The translations under genes and the position numbers were made by a program. 64,000 bases of DNA from a virus. Lineage: Duplodnaviria; Caudoviricetes. The first letter of the stretch is position 1. Every line of letters starts with the position of its first letter. A model generated the notes under the pieces. That model did no database searches, had not been told where the DNA came from, and saw nothing but the letters and a program-made list of their open reading frames with translations. Where the stretch lies: the IMG/VR virus record IMGVR_UViG_3300023053_000001, positions 128,001 to 192,000 of that record; one strand, written 5' to 3'. Below, in pieces: positions 48,301-57,548 of this stretch.

Positions 48301-49833
48301 TTTATCCACCTGCTCACGACCGTAGTTCATCTGGTGCGGATGCATGATGCGCTTGCGAGCATCGCCGGCAGCCGTGCCAAAACTGGTGAACTCACCACGG
48401 TCCATGTTGTACACGGTCCGCTCAGCATTGGCATCGCCCGTACGCGTCTTGACCAACTCGTGGTGAATGCGCGACAGGAAGCCGGGGATGACTTCCACCA
48501 GCGAGCGACGGGCCTGCTTATCAAACGGGGTGGCTTCGTTGGCGTTGTACAGCGGGGAGTGCTGCAGTGCCGGATCGATACCGGCACGCGGCATCATTTC
48601 CTTGATCCAGCGCAACAGACCACCGGCGACGGAGGTGTTGTCATCGGCCGACTGTACGAACGAAGCCGCACGTTCGGGGATGTTGCCAAACATGTACTGC
48701 AGCTGCGAACCCAGATCGGTCACCTTCTGGTTTTTACCCAGATGGCGCTGAATGGGACGGGCCACAAAACGGGTGACCATCGGAGCGACCAGACCGCCGA
48801 GCATCTCAGCGTAGGTGCCCTTCTTGTCTCCACCCATCTCCGCTGCCGAGGCAATCGACTCACGGCCCATATCGGCCATGTCGATACCGCCGGCAATCTG
48901 CGAGGCCATGTTACCCACCGACGCGGTGAGGTTCTTGGCAAAGTTCTTGGTGAAGTTGGTCACATAGTCCACGGCCTTCTGCTGATAGTTGCTCAGCAGG
49001 CGGTCACGGAAGTTCGCACCGGCTGCTTCACGCAGATCGGTCTTGCGATACTCCGGCAACGCCGTGTTCTTCATGATGACATTCAACTGCGCGGACTGAC
49101 GCTGTTCACCGGCGGTCAACAGGGCCAACGTATTGCGTTGCAGCGCAAACGTACGCAGCTTCAGTTCCAGATCCTTGCGCTGGTAGCGAGCCAGGATGTT
49201 ATCCTGATAGGCCGCCAGTCGATCGGTGTTCTGACGCACTGCATCCATGATGCGCGCCTGATCCACCAACCGCTTGTCTTGGATCTTGTTGCGGATTTCA
49301 CCCTCAACGCGGTCCTCTTCACGGGTGCGGGCATTCTCTTCGATCATTGCACCGAAGATCTGATCCAGCTGTCCGTTGACTTCCGCACTCTCGGCATCAG
49401 CAGCATGCTGAGCCCGGTTCTCATCGCCGCCCTCGGAAAATGCCTTCAGCTTACGCTGCAGGGCCTTGGGCAACAGCTTGCTTTCGCTCTGGGAGAGCGC
49501 GCCAGCGGTGCGACGAAACACCGGCATAGCCGGACGCAGCTCTTGGGCCGCAGTATGGTATAGATTAGCCCCCAAATCCTTCAGTTCGTACGCGGTGTTG
49601 ACCGCGGTACCGTAACCGGTGGGCAGAGCGTTGGATGCAACTCGACGGACTTGGTCCGGTTGGACCATAGCCGATCCGAAGCCTGCGCCAAACTTCTTGG
49701 CGAGATGATACACCGGCTTCTTATCGTTTTTGGTACTGGTGTCCTCTGCAAAGGGATCACCGAAGTCCAAGTCGTCAAAATCCAAATTCAGAGAGTCGTC
49801 TTGCGACCCGATGGGATTTTTCTTGATGGCCAC
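42379..49833 (-). CDS. Tape-measure-like tail protein (phiKZ gp181 position) with a GH19 lysozyme-like domain
   Basis: 2484 aa, helical and Gly/Ala-rich, divergent from the beta' gene. GH19 motifs FLAQCAHES, FRGRGFIQLTGRDNY, TKLVNGGTNGLADR. Confidence 0.85.
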   Translation of the reverse strand: MAIKKNPIGSQDDSLNLDFDDLDFGDPFAEDTSTKNDKKPVYHLAKKFGAGFGSAMVQPDQVRRVASNALPTGYGTAVNTAYELKDLGANLYHTAAQELRPAMPVFRRTAGALSQSESKLLPKALQRKLKAFSEGGDENRAQHAADAESAEVNGQLDQIFGAMIEENARTREEDRVEGEIRNKIQDKRLVDQARIMDAVRQNTDRLAAYQDNILARYQRKDLELKLRTFALQRNTLALLTAGEQRQSAQLNVIMKNTALPEYRKTDLREAAGANFRDRLLSNYQQKAVDYVTNFTKNFAKNLTASVGNMASQIAGGIDMADMGRESIASAAEMGGDKKGTYAEMLGGLVAPMVTRFVARPIQRHLGKNQKVTDLGSQLQYMFGNIPERAASFVQSADDNTSVAGGLLRWIKEMMPRAGIDPALQHSPLYNANEATPFDKQARRSLVEVIPGFLSRIHHELVKTRTGDANAERTVYNMDRGEFTSFGTAAGDARKRIMHPHQMNYGREQVDKWVTDLIGDHKVSDKTRDELKRQILIDTISGRHYDPKRYSDTESDTANLSYSSKMELEQVLNSNYTRDDGTFNQQRRTAHDEAFRRLKGAIPDPKAAMSVYMETGGREYLKEMGMIDRQGYTDNVNYAHFHDQLFNARPEDLSPDMDPSLLLTPEEREAFRRKSTPYLAPGVAGKATSRLRARARVGYRGAKRRAKDIYNRGSDLYNEAVEVYTQDGKEALVDFAKLKAGEYYDSASGKVITSLDQLRGNLKDQADRVILNAKDLAEGYLSDHPKVQKQLDKAKERAKSLAKKAEKGTRRHRVRAERARRQAMAGLTNQYNKYSDILTNDGERTLLEGVRLAAGDYYDQASGKLIEKWDDISGTVIDNKGNIIAAAKDIARGLKDEEGNTPAWVGKVQAKAQRELKRGAVKGRRAARGARDALNQKKDAFKAEGKRLFDVYVGNGKHPKIEAAALAAGEYFDQASGAVLKSIDDIRGSVVDGEGNIVLSAKDFAKDMYNSAGEQLTSLKTRLRNSYEEAKTAATQAVTAGRDRVNAWREGGDSAAGVEGGMPGFDLTPLIELGQQQVQLQTAILDVLENGDFTSAPGEGGGGGGLGKRLRGLGGRAMGGIGRGLSSMGRGLGGLARAYGRFAVGIWKSPITLARKLGSLGSMAGDYLGDIRNKQGRVIMTRAKMNAGNYWDQLTNKQVRKWRDITGPVEDRSADPAVIVLTAEEYQEGMYDTQGRKLFRATGDVFGRLLKAGGGILGGYASLVAAPFRAISWVNRKIREANAPQDIYVPGDPNPRITVTEMRNGLVFADDRKTKIKRWEQIRGQTFKMVEGTLREALSLEEFKAGLVDYRGKKLKRGNGLINAVGSIGRGLANAAGSIASGYGSLIGGAFKLGGNALGALGRGIGRMFGLRSGGNMTADQATVGLLVEIRDLLKERLPKPKKIRAGSYEERLATFRGRKAEEEAEEQAAEKEKNGFLSKFLSKITGGLFGGGGDDEDDEDGEGGGGGNTIFMGGGGDGGGRGKDGKGAAHRDARGRKRGGMRRNMNARRNKWSRRFGRSKVGRMAGAATGAIGSRLPNWLKRNKGKAAAGVAGAAKKPGLLRRAGGRLARFKPRSASIGGIASGLAMGFGADYAIDKVTGGPNSAGSKAINTGIDAVSYGLMANSLLGGGTAAAGGTALAGGAAGAGTAAAGTAAAGAGGMGVMGTLGTGALAVLGSPVAIGAAIVGAVAYVGYKVYKKYNYGTYTPLRAFRMAQYGYGYQDSDQGKMISELEQMCEPAVKQMGNGLDIAAGGELTMEAVYKLFDLDDGWFTSNKDERAMFDVWFNNRFKPVFLAWLTNVRAIKAQMKLGDADSELSQDQKASLLKAVNNINPQTYNIKAGAFDGKPVEMNVGGVGDAYKLAIDTVEKERSLWGKFKGKAERLGNSSSAGVFGIFGADWATDWIDRQKKASQLKDINARQAEALGKTSAEYEKAKADAAKIIGTAGAASTAMLGNTQAGQRAGEKFAGVGGAKPSGGGGWWSNTAAKLGFGGGAAAAGGGGGGGAPVPEGPPPPALKGSAKELQEMLMKEAIKAGITDKTELAMFLAQCAHESGNFRTISEGYNYSPARAAQIFKKYFRSPAEAEAAMAAGGKRAILDRAYQGRMGNNQPGDGFKFRGRGFIQLTGRDNYAKFAKASGIDVLSNPDLLVSDPKVGAQASIHWWLSRGAGIRKMAAGGDVNGVTKLVNGGTNGLADRASHFKKFMQEMTGNTELNNVRANATTASENSPKTSLGKSEPAYQFSQGVTNGSMTGGVGSAYQQSATSAPSAPTEASNPAAVGRVNYQMPAARPDAPTPTLNTSVMPAPAVQSTRVDEANRTDSDLAKRIQQQQEANAVNDTRSQATVRAEQQETRRMTDIMSKQLDVMTSIDNKVGQLVGFLSGQTGTQVARAAAANADSNTPTSAPAITAQGKIDRSQIVQREKAVAPATAADTPVSMRRNRNAIG

Positions 49834-49898
49834 AGTTAGTTACTCCTGGCAATAGAAGACCTATCGCCTCTCTTTCATAAATTAGGAGATGTTCCCCC

Positions 49899-51533
49899 AT
49901 GAAGTCCTCGATGGTTCCATTCAATGTGACGATCATGGATACGTCGCCCGAACGACTGCGTCTGATGCGTCCGGTCACTGCGCTGGATTACTTCGAGAAC
50001 GTCAGCGGCGAATTCCACGATGATGGCCTGTTCTCGGTCAGCATCTTCGGTCGTGTGGGTGATGAAGCCCGCGATCGACGCTTCTCGTTCATCGACATCC
50101 GTGTCGACATCTTCCATCCGGTGATCTACGATCGACTGGTCAGTCTGCGCTCGATGTATCGCGATCTGATGGCCGGTAAGGTCTACGCCGTGTGGAATGC
50201 GGAGCTGGGTGATTTTGAGACCTCCAATGAAATGGACGGTCAAACCGGTTATGCCTTCTTTGCCAAGCACTGGCGCGACATCAAGTTCGTGCGCAACCGC
50301 TCGGACATCCGCGAACAGCGTATCGCCCTGATCGAGAAGTTCCGCGATCGTGCAATGACCAGCAAGATCCTGGTCATGCCTGCCGGTCTGCGCGACATCG
50401 AAGTGGATCAGTCAGGCAACATGAAGGAAGGTGACATCAACGCGCTGTACCGTCGCATTCTGTCCATCGCCAACACGGTGGCTGCCACGGACAACCGTAA
50501 CGTCTCCTCGGCCGTGGATAACGCCCGCCACATGCTGCAGATGGCCTTCAACGAGCTGTACGAGTCGGTAGAGAAAATGCTCACCGGCAAGAAGGGCTTC
50601 TTGCAGGACAAGTGGGCCAGTCGCCGCGTGTTCGACGGTACCCGAAACGTCATCACTGCCATGGATCACTCTGTGGCTGAGCTGGGCTCGATCAATGCCC
50701 CGCGCTTTACCGACGCCATCGCCGGGTTGCGTCAGCTCTCCCGTGCGGTACTGCCTGTAACAAACTACCTGTTGCTCAACGGTTATATGAAGGACGTGTT
50801 CAATCAGGGTAACGGCGCTGCCCGCCTGATCGATCCGGTCACCTTGCGTCCGGAGACCGTGCAGGTCTCTGCGCAGTCCTTTGACCGCTGGAACAGTGAG
50901 GAAGGGTTGCAGAAGGTCGTAGCGTCTTACGGCGAGATCAGTCTGCGCGACAAGCCGGTGATGATCGAAGGCCGTTACGCGGCACTGCTTTATGTCGGCC
51001 CGGATAAAACCTTCCGGGTGTTTGACGACATCGAACAGCTTCCGGAAGATCGTTCGCGTGAACACGTGCGTCCGATCAACCTGATGGAACTGATCTACCT
51101 GTCCGGCTACCGTCGCTGGAACACCTTCTGCGGCTACATCACCCGTTACCCGGTCACCGGTCTGGGCAGCTGCTACGCCACCACCCTGTACGTGAAGACC
51201 ACCGTCGTCGGTGAGGTCCGTCAGGAGTTGGGTCCGGACTGGCAGCCGCTGGGTGAGTCCTACATCGCCCCGGAGTTCCCCACCTACTCGCCGCTGGCCT
51301 ACATGGACTCGCTGTCCATCCCGGCCCCGCGTCTGGCTGGCCTGGGCGCTGACTTCGATGGTGACACCGCCTCGCTGAATGTGCTGTACACCGATGAAGG
51401 TGAAGCCGAAGTGCGTGCGCACCTGGGTAGTCGCGCCGCCTACATGGACCCGATCGACGGCGCTCGCGCCTCCATCGATACTGACACCGTCAATCTCGTT
51501 CTCAAAGCAATGTCTGGAGCACCCCGTGAATGA
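49899..51533 (+). CDS. rpoC: Virion RNA polymerase beta' subunit, N-terminal/catalytic part (phiKZ gp180-like)
   Basis: GLFSVSIFG, LVMPAGLRD, GKKGFLQ, and catalytic LGADFDGDT motifs. Confidence 0.9.
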   Translation: MKSSMVPFNVTIMDTSPERLRLMRPVTALDYFENVSGEFHDDGLFSVSIFGRVGDEARDRRFSFIDIRVDIFHPVIYDRLVSLRSMYRDLMAGKVYAVWNAELGDFETSNEMDGQTGYAFFAKHWRDIKFVRNRSDIREQRIALIEKFRDRAMTSKILVMPAGLRDIEVDQSGNMKEGDINALYRRILSIANTVAATDNRNVSSAVDNARHMLQMAFNELYESVEKMLTGKKGFLQDKWASRRVFDGTRNVITAMDHSVAELGSINAPRFTDAIAGLRQLSRAVLPVTNYLLLNGYMKDVFNQGNGAARLIDPVTLRPETVQVSAQSFDRWNSEEGLQKVVASYGEISLRDKPVMIEGRYAALLYVGPDKTFRVFDDIEQLPEDRSREHVRPINLMELIYLSGYRRWNTFCGYITRYPVTGLGSCYATTLYVKTTVVGEVRQELGPDWQPLGESYIAPEFPTYSPLAYMDSLSIPAPRLAGLGADFDGDTASLNVLYTDEGEAEVRAHLGSRAAYMDPIDGARASIDTDTVNLVLKAMSGAPRE

Positions 51534-52749
51534 ATCCCTGGAACCGAGCAATCGTTTCGATGACATCATCGACGAATTGCAGGCAACCCGTGACGGACGT
51601 CGGCTGAGTAGTTTCGAAGCGCTGGCTGTCGGCCAGCGATTGGAGGCCATGCTCGCCAGTGATCCGCAACTGTCTGTCGAGTACAACCCCGGTACGATTG
51701 AACCGGACCAGGGCCGCTATGGACGCGCTGCAGCCAACGCCGTGCAGTTCACCCACACCGTGGCGCGCATTACCCTGCCGCTGATCCAGAAGGCCGCTGT
51801 GGCCTCGGGCAAGGCGTTCCTGACCGGTGTGACGGAAATGCGTCGCTCCCTCGATCGTGGCGGTACGTTCGATCTGCATCAGACCGAGCAGATGCTGTCC
51901 AAGACGCAGGGTGAAGGTTCGGGCACGTTCACCGACAAGTCGCTGGCCCATCAGCTGGAGATCGATGGGGAGATCCCCGACGATTACGTGGCTGTGCTCC
52001 AGCAGGCATTGCAGGTTTCTGAAGCCATCGTCAACAACGTGGTGGCTCAGTCCAACAATGCCATGAGCAAGGTGCATGCGGCCATCACCGTGAGCGATTC
52101 GAACATGGACTTCAAGGCCTTGGGCGATACGCTGGCCAAGGTCGCCAAAATCCTGACCGATGAACCGCGCCTGTCGGCCATCTTGGACACCAAGGCGACC
52201 AAGTTCACCTGGCCCGGTGGTCTGGCCATGGCGCAGCCGCGACCGGCCAAGAAGATGCACCTGAAGTTCTCCACGACCAACGCCAATGCCGGTGAGTTGC
52301 TGGACCGTCTGCAAAAGGACAGTCTGGACATCACCGTCAAGCCGCGTCCGCGCAAGGACGTCAATCTGGTGGGCATGAACGTGCTGCCGCGCCATAGCGC
52401 TGAAGCCGTACTCGATGCCACGGTGCATCTGATCAACTTCAACTCCAAGCTGTTGGACATCGCCAGTGGCAAGGACATCTCCAAGTTCGATCCCAAGTTG
52501 AGCGTGTCGTCCTACGATGCCATCCTCGGTCACCTGATCGATGTGGCCATCGAGAACGAGCGCAAGACCAGTCCCAAGGTGAAGATGCCTGAAGATCTGG
52601 AAGCGCTGGATCTGATCGTGATCGCCTACCTGAAGCATTTCCAGTACCTCAATGGCCGTAAGGTGATTGCGGGGCTGTTCAACCGCAATCTGGCTGCCAT
52701 CCGGGCCGGTCTGTCTTACGTGCGCGCCTCGGCAAAGCACTACAAATAA
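51526..52749 (+). CDS. Putative head protein with protease-type sites
   Basis: GTG start overlapping the beta' stop; S-L-E, S-F-E and S-V-E in the first 50 aa. Confidence 0.6.
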   Translation: MNESLEPSNRFDDIIDELQATRDGRRLSSFEALAVGQRLEAMLASDPQLSVEYNPGTIEPDQGRYGRAAANAVQFTHTVARITLPLIQKAAVASGKAFLTGVTEMRRSLDRGGTFDLHQTEQMLSKTQGEGSGTFTDKSLAHQLEIDGEIPDDYVAVLQQALQVSEAIVNNVVAQSNNAMSKVHAAITVSDSNMDFKALGDTLAKVAKILTDEPRLSAILDTKATKFTWPGGLAMAQPRPAKKMHLKFSTTNANAGELLDRLQKDSLDITVKPRPRKDVNLVGMNVLPRHSAEAVLDATVHLINFNSKLLDIASGKDISKFDPKLSVSSYDAILGHLIDVAIENERKTSPKVKMPEDLEALDLIVIAYLKHFQYLNGRKVIAGLFNRNLAAIRAGLSYVRASAKHYK

Positions 52750-52760
52750 GAGGTGAAAGC

Positions 52761-55700
52761 ATGCAACCTGTTTCCAACTCCACGTTGCTGATGGAGTCGA
52801 TGGAGGCGTGCGGCGTGTACTTCTCGGACAATCCCCTCTCCATGGAGGGGACGATCCTGTACCCGCAGTATTACCGCCACAACGGCTTGCGTCGTGCAGT
52901 GCAGATGGTGGCACCGACGTTGCGTCCGGTGGATCGACTGGAGCTGCCGCGCGATGCGGTGCTGCACGCCATGGCCGAAGACGAATCCCAATACGGCATC
53001 TCGCAGGACGATCCGATTCTGGCCGGGGAAACCCGCATGATGTCGGTGGAACACATCGTCAAGCTGGCCGGTGACAAGGGCCCGCCGCGTCCCACCGCAC
53101 GTCCGGTGTCGAACATGACCCGTGACTATCGCCAACGCAACCGCCGTATCCGTCAGCTGCCCAACATCGATGCAGCCCTGCGCGATCCGGCCAGCCTGCT
53201 GATCGAGAACTACGGCCTGCTGCCGCATCTGTATCGCTACACGCAGACCTTCTTTGCCAGCTACAACAAGTGGTGGAACATCCAGGCCACTGTCTGGCAT
53301 ACCGCCGCTGCCGTGGCTGAGAAGTCCAACCGTCACCAGTTCATGGTCTGCCATCTGCCCACGCGTCTGCCGACGCTGACGCAGTTGAACAAGGCAGAGA
53401 CCGTCCTGTCCCGTGCTGCACTGGCCGCCTTCAGCGAACCCAGCGCGCTGTTCATTCTGGAAATGTGGAAGTGGTTCGGTGCGCACCGTGAAGGTTCGCT
53501 CATCGGTCAGCTCTCGCAGGAACAGCTGAACAAGATCAATCTGGTCTGGATCGAATCGGGCCAGTGGTTCGTCATGAACCTGGGCATGGTCAACCAGTGG
53601 CGTAAGGGCGATGATGCACCTGATGCCTCGGTCAACCCGCAGCAGATGCAGCGTCGTTTCCTGCGCCTGTTGATGTTCCTGCAAGAAGCACGCACGACCT
53701 CCACCGATGTGGAGATGACTGCGCCGAGCGAAGGTACCGTGGTGGCTCCGGCTCCCACGCCCACCGGTAATCCGGATAAGCCGCTGGCTAATACCCAGAC
53801 CGTGCAGTCCGAACCGGTCAAGATCAAGATCGAGAAGACCGAGAATTCGGCTGCTCGCACGATCACGCTCAAGCCGGGTATGAACATCGACGTGTTGCCC
53901 GATCACCCGATCGAAGAAACCCAAGCCAACATCCAAGCCATCGATGATGCGATCACCCGTGATCTGGAAGCGATGGAACGGTTGATGGCTGAGATGGATG
54001 AACGCACTGCCGTCACTGACGATTCGGTCCATGAGATCGAAGAACGTGAGGTGCCGGTGGCTTCGGAAGTGGAAGAGCAGATCGTCTATCGCCCGGAAGA
54101 GCGCACGCTCGAACAGGCGGTGATGGACAAGGTCGATGCACTGGCCAACAAGGGACAGGTCTCTGCGCCGGAATACCGTCGCTTCCTGGCTCTGTCCAGC
54201 GCGTACAAGAAGCTGCCCGATCCCTACGGTAAGCAGGAGACGATGGAGAAGGGTGCGCAGGTCCACTACAAGGACGCGCTCATCCAAGACACCATCACCG
54301 TGCCGGACCAGAAGACCGTGTTCGACAAGTCCATGCTCAAGTCCTCGCTGCTGGATTTCGATCCGCGTTACGTGCGTGACTTCCTGCCCAAGGACATCGT
54401 GCGCATGGGCCTGAACGTCCAGAACGCCGGCGTCTGCATTACCGGCTGGAGCGTGGAAGACGTCGAAGATGCGATGGGTCACTACGAGGTGCACTCCATT
54501 CAGGTCACCCCGGTGCGTGGCAAGCCCTCCACCTGGAACCTGCGCATCCCCAAGGTGCGTGAGGACGGTACCTTCAAGTCCAACGGCGTGCGCTACCTGA
54601 TGCGCAAGCAGCGTACCGATAAGCCGATCCGCAAGATCTCGCCCTCGGAAGTGTCGTTGACCAGCTACTACTCCAAGACCAATGTGAAGCGGTCGGAGAA
54701 GAAGGTGCACAACTACACCCAGTGGCTGACCGACCAGATCGCTGCGCGCGGCATGGACGAAAACGATCAGAGCGTGACCAACATCGTGCTGGGTGATGTG
54801 TTCAACACCTACGATGAGCCGCCGCGAATCTACTCCGTACTGGCCCAGCGTTTCCGTTCGTTCCGTCTCAATGACATCGACTTCATGTTCGACTATCGTG
54901 CTCGTGCTGAGCACTTTGGTGCTGAACGTGTGGCTGATGCCGAGAAGGGCGGGATGACGGTCATGGGTGTGCGTGAGAAGAACCTGATCGTAGTGGATCG
55001 CTCCGATACGCTCTACGAAGTCAGCGGTGATCTGATCACCGAGCTGGGCCGCTTTGAAGGACTGGCTGGACTGCGTGGTAAGCAGCCGATGGAAATGACC
55101 GAAGTCAAGATCAGTAACAAGGATCTGCCCGTCGGTATCGTGTTGGCCTACCTGATCGGTCTGGAACCGCTGATGGCCCTGCTGAAGCTGACCCCGCGCC
55201 GTATTCCGGCCGGTGAACGCCTGAGCCTGAGCGATGATGACTTCGCACTGCGCTTTGAAGATGTGGCGCTGGTGTTCCCGCGTGACAACAAGCTGGCCTC
55301 GATGGTGCTCTCTGGGTTCATGCCCTTTGAGAACTCGCTGCGTAACTACCCAGCTCACCTGTTTGACAAGAAGGACATCTACCTGCCGATCTTGGAGGCC
55401 AATCACATTGGCCTGCGCTACTTGCGCGAAATGGATCTGATGAACGAACTGTTCGTCGACCCCATTACCAAGATGCTGCTGGAGCAGATGGGTGAACCCA
55501 CCACGCTGGTGGGTCTGCTGGTGCGCTCGTGTGAACTGCTGTTGACCGACTGGGCTCCGGCTGAGACGGACATGAACTACATGCGTAGCCGCGGCTACGA
55601 ACGTGTGGCCGGTGTCATCTACGCTGAAATGGTGCGCTCCATTCGCCAGCACCGTGCCAAGGGTCAGCAGGGTAACTCCAAGTTGGAAATGCCGCCGTAT

Positions 55701-57170
55701 GCGGTGTGGCAGGCGATCCAGCAAGACGGTGCCGTCAAGCTGGTGGAAGAGTCCAATCCGATCCACAACCTGAAAGAGAAGGAAGAAATCACCTTCTCCG
55801 GTACCGGTGGTCGTTCGGGTCGTTCGATGGTTGCACGTACCCGACAGTTCCACAAGTCGGATCTGGGTGTGATCTCCGAGGCGACCAAGGACTCCAGTGA
55901 CGTGGCAATCACCACGTTCATGACGGCCAACCCGAACCTGGTGGATCTGTACGGCAACACCCGTCCGTATGATCCCAAGACCGACGGTCCGGCCAGCCTG
56001 ATGTCCACCACCTCGCTGTTCTCGCCCTGCATCGATCGTGACGATGGCAAGCGTGTGAACTTCGCCTCGATTCAGCATTCGTCGGGTACCTTCGCCAAGG
56101 GCTACGGCCCGATGCCGCTGCGTACCGGTTACGACCAGATCATCGCTCATCGTACCGATGACCTGTTTGCCACTACGGCCAAGCAGGACGGTAAGGTGGT
56201 GGCGATCAACAAGAATGCCATCGTGGTGGAAAACGCCGATGGGTCGCGCAAGGCGGTCCAGTTGGGTCGTCGCTTCGGCACGGCTGCTGGCTCGACCTTC
56301 CCGCATGAACTGACCACCACCCTCAAGGTCGGTGACAAGGTTCGTGCAGGCGATGCCATTGCCTACAACTCGCGCTACTTCGCTCCGGACCCGCTCAACC
56401 CGCGTCAGGTACTGATGCACGGTGGTGTGATGGTTCGCGTGGCGATCATGGACACGGCTGACACGCTGGAAGACTCCTCGGTGATCTCGCAGGAAACTGC
56501 AGACCTGCTGGAGACGGAAATCACCAAGCCGCGCGACATCGTGGTCAAGTTCTCCGATGCTGTCCACCACGTGGTCGGAGTCGGTGATGAGGTCGATGCC
56601 GAGAGCATCCTATGTACCATCGAGGACGCCGTTTCGGCGGATAGTAACCTCTTTGGCGATGACTCCATCGACGTGCTGCGCCAGATCGCTGCCAACAACC
56701 CCAAGGCTAAGTTCAAGGGGAAGGTGGAAGGGGTCGAGGTGTTCTACCATGGCGACATCGAAGATCTGTCTCCGAGCCTGCAGGAATTGGCTATCGAGTC
56801 TGATCGTGATCGACGTCGTCTGGCACGCGACCTCAGTGAGAAGTACACCAGCGGTAGCGCCAATGAAGGCATGCGCGTTGACGGTAATCCGTTGGCGTAT
56901 CAGCATGCAGTCATTCGCGTCTACATCACCGGAAAGGTTCCGGCCGGTGTGGGCGACAAGGGCGTGTACTGCAATCAGCTGAAGACGATCTTCGGCCGAG
57001 TGATGACCGGTGTGAACACCTCCGAAGATGGCCAGCCCATCGGCGGACTGTTCGGCTACCAGTCGATCTCGGCTCGTATTGTCAACAGCGCTGAGCTGAT
57101 GCTGACGACCAACGCGTTCTTGTATCACGCTTCGCAGCTGGTGGCTGACGCGTACTTCGGTGACAAGTGA
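52761..57170 (+). CDS. rpoB: Virion RNA polymerase beta subunit, large N-terminal part (phiKZ gp178-like)
   Basis: DDGKRVNFASIQ, PLRTGY, LEDSSVIS, and GDKGVYCNQLKT motifs equivalent to RpoB conserved regions. Confidence 0.88.
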   Translation: MQPVSNSTLLMESMEACGVYFSDNPLSMEGTILYPQYYRHNGLRRAVQMVAPTLRPVDRLELPRDAVLHAMAEDESQYGISQDDPILAGETRMMSVEHIVKLAGDKGPPRPTARPVSNMTRDYRQRNRRIRQLPNIDAALRDPASLLIENYGLLPHLYRYTQTFFASYNKWWNIQATVWHTAAAVAEKSNRHQFMVCHLPTRLPTLTQLNKAETVLSRAALAAFSEPSALFILEMWKWFGAHREGSLIGQLSQEQLNKINLVWIESGQWFVMNLGMVNQWRKGDDAPDASVNPQQMQRRFLRLLMFLQEARTTSTDVEMTAPSEGTVVAPAPTPTGNPDKPLANTQTVQSEPVKIKIEKTENSAARTITLKPGMNIDVLPDHPIEETQANIQAIDDAITRDLEAMERLMAEMDERTAVTDDSVHEIEEREVPVASEVEEQIVYRPEERTLEQAVMDKVDALANKGQVSAPEYRRFLALSSAYKKLPDPYGKQETMEKGAQVHYKDALIQDTITVPDQKTVFDKSMLKSSLLDFDPRYVRDFLPKDIVRMGLNVQNAGVCITGWSVEDVEDAMGHYEVHSIQVTPVRGKPSTWNLRIPKVREDGTFKSNGVRYLMRKQRTDKPIRKISPSEVSLTSYYSKTNVKRSEKKVHNYTQWLTDQIAARGMDENDQSVTNIVLGDVFNTYDEPPRIYSVLAQRFRSFRLNDIDFMFDYRARAEHFGAERVADAEKGGMTVMGVREKNLIVVDRSDTLYEVSGDLITELGRFEGLAGLRGKQPMEMTEVKISNKDLPVGIVLAYLIGLEPLMALLKLTPRRIPAGERLSLSDDDFALRFEDVALVFPRDNKLASMVLSGFMPFENSLRNYPAHLFDKKDIYLPILEANHIGLRYLREMDLMNELFVDPITKMLLEQMGEPTTLVGLLVRSCELLLTDWAPAETDMNYMRSRGYERVAGVIYAEMVRSIRQHRAKGQQGNSKLEMPPYAVWQAIQQDGAVKLVEESNPIHNLKEKEEITFSGTGGRSGRSMVARTRQFHKSDLGVISEATKDSSDVAITTFMTANPNLVDLYGNTRPYDPKTDGPASLMSTTSLFSPCIDRDDGKRVNFASIQHSSGTFAKGYGPMPLRTGYDQIIAHRTDDLFATTAKQDGKVVAINKNAIVVENADGSRKAVQLGRRFGTAAGSTFPHELTTTLKVGDKVRAGDAIAYNSRYFAPDPLNPRQVLMHGGVMVRVAIMDTADTLEDSSVISQETADLLETEITKPRDIVVKFSDAVHHVVGVGDEVDAESILCTIEDAVSADSNLFGDDSIDVLRQIAANNPKAKFKGKVEGVEVFYHGDIEDLSPSLQELAIESDRDRRRLARDLSEKYTSGSANEGMRVDGNPLAYQHAVIRVYITGKVPAGVGDKGVYCNQLKTIFGRVMTGVNTSEDGQPIGGLFGYQSISARIVNSAELMLTTNAFLYHASQLVADAYFGDK

Positions 57171-57180
57171 ACCTAGGTGC

Positions 57181-57214
57181 GGGGGCGCATTCGTGCGCCC
57201 CCAATCCTTTTATG
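57181..57214 (+). terminator. Hairpin with TTCG loop after the beta gene, followed by TTTTATG
   Basis: GGGGGCGCA-TTCG-TGCGCCCCC. Confidence 0.6.
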
Positions 57215-57334
57215 CGGAGGCATCTGAATAGACAGCGCCTCACGTTGTGCATTGAGATGCTTCGAAATGTGCAAAAAAATATGAGTGACGGGCGCTTGCT
57301 CGTTAACCATTCCTCCAGCCCAAGGGAAACCCCA

Positions 57335-57544
57335 ATGAGCCTTCAGCAAAACACTCCGGCCAACAAGGAAGCCTCGCAGGCCAACTTGGTCGCCCTGGCC
57401 AATCTGGTGGAAATGACCCGCCAGACCATCCAAGCCGTTTCCGGCGACACCATGCCGGCACTGCCGGCCGGCGCCGACACCAACTCGCAGGTCTGCGATC
57501 TGATCGCTGCCACTGCGTCCAAGCACTTCGTGACCGGAGCCTGA
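57335..57544 (+). CDS. Small hypothetical protein (69 aa)
   Basis: AAGGGA RBS, strong codon bias, stop just before the next gene. Confidence 0.65.
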   Translation: MSLQQNTPANKEASQANLVALANLVEMTRQTIQAVSGDTMPALPAGADTNSQVCDLIAATASKHFVTGA

Positions 57545-57548
57545 AGCC

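Noticed and set aside
42487-49563. 1083-aa and 1229-aa + strand ORFs
   Set aside because: Antisense shadows of the tape-measure gene
49899-57170. Introns or inteins in RNAP genes
   Set aside because: ORFs are continuous with expected sizes, and I saw no intein splice motifs or homing endonuclease motifs
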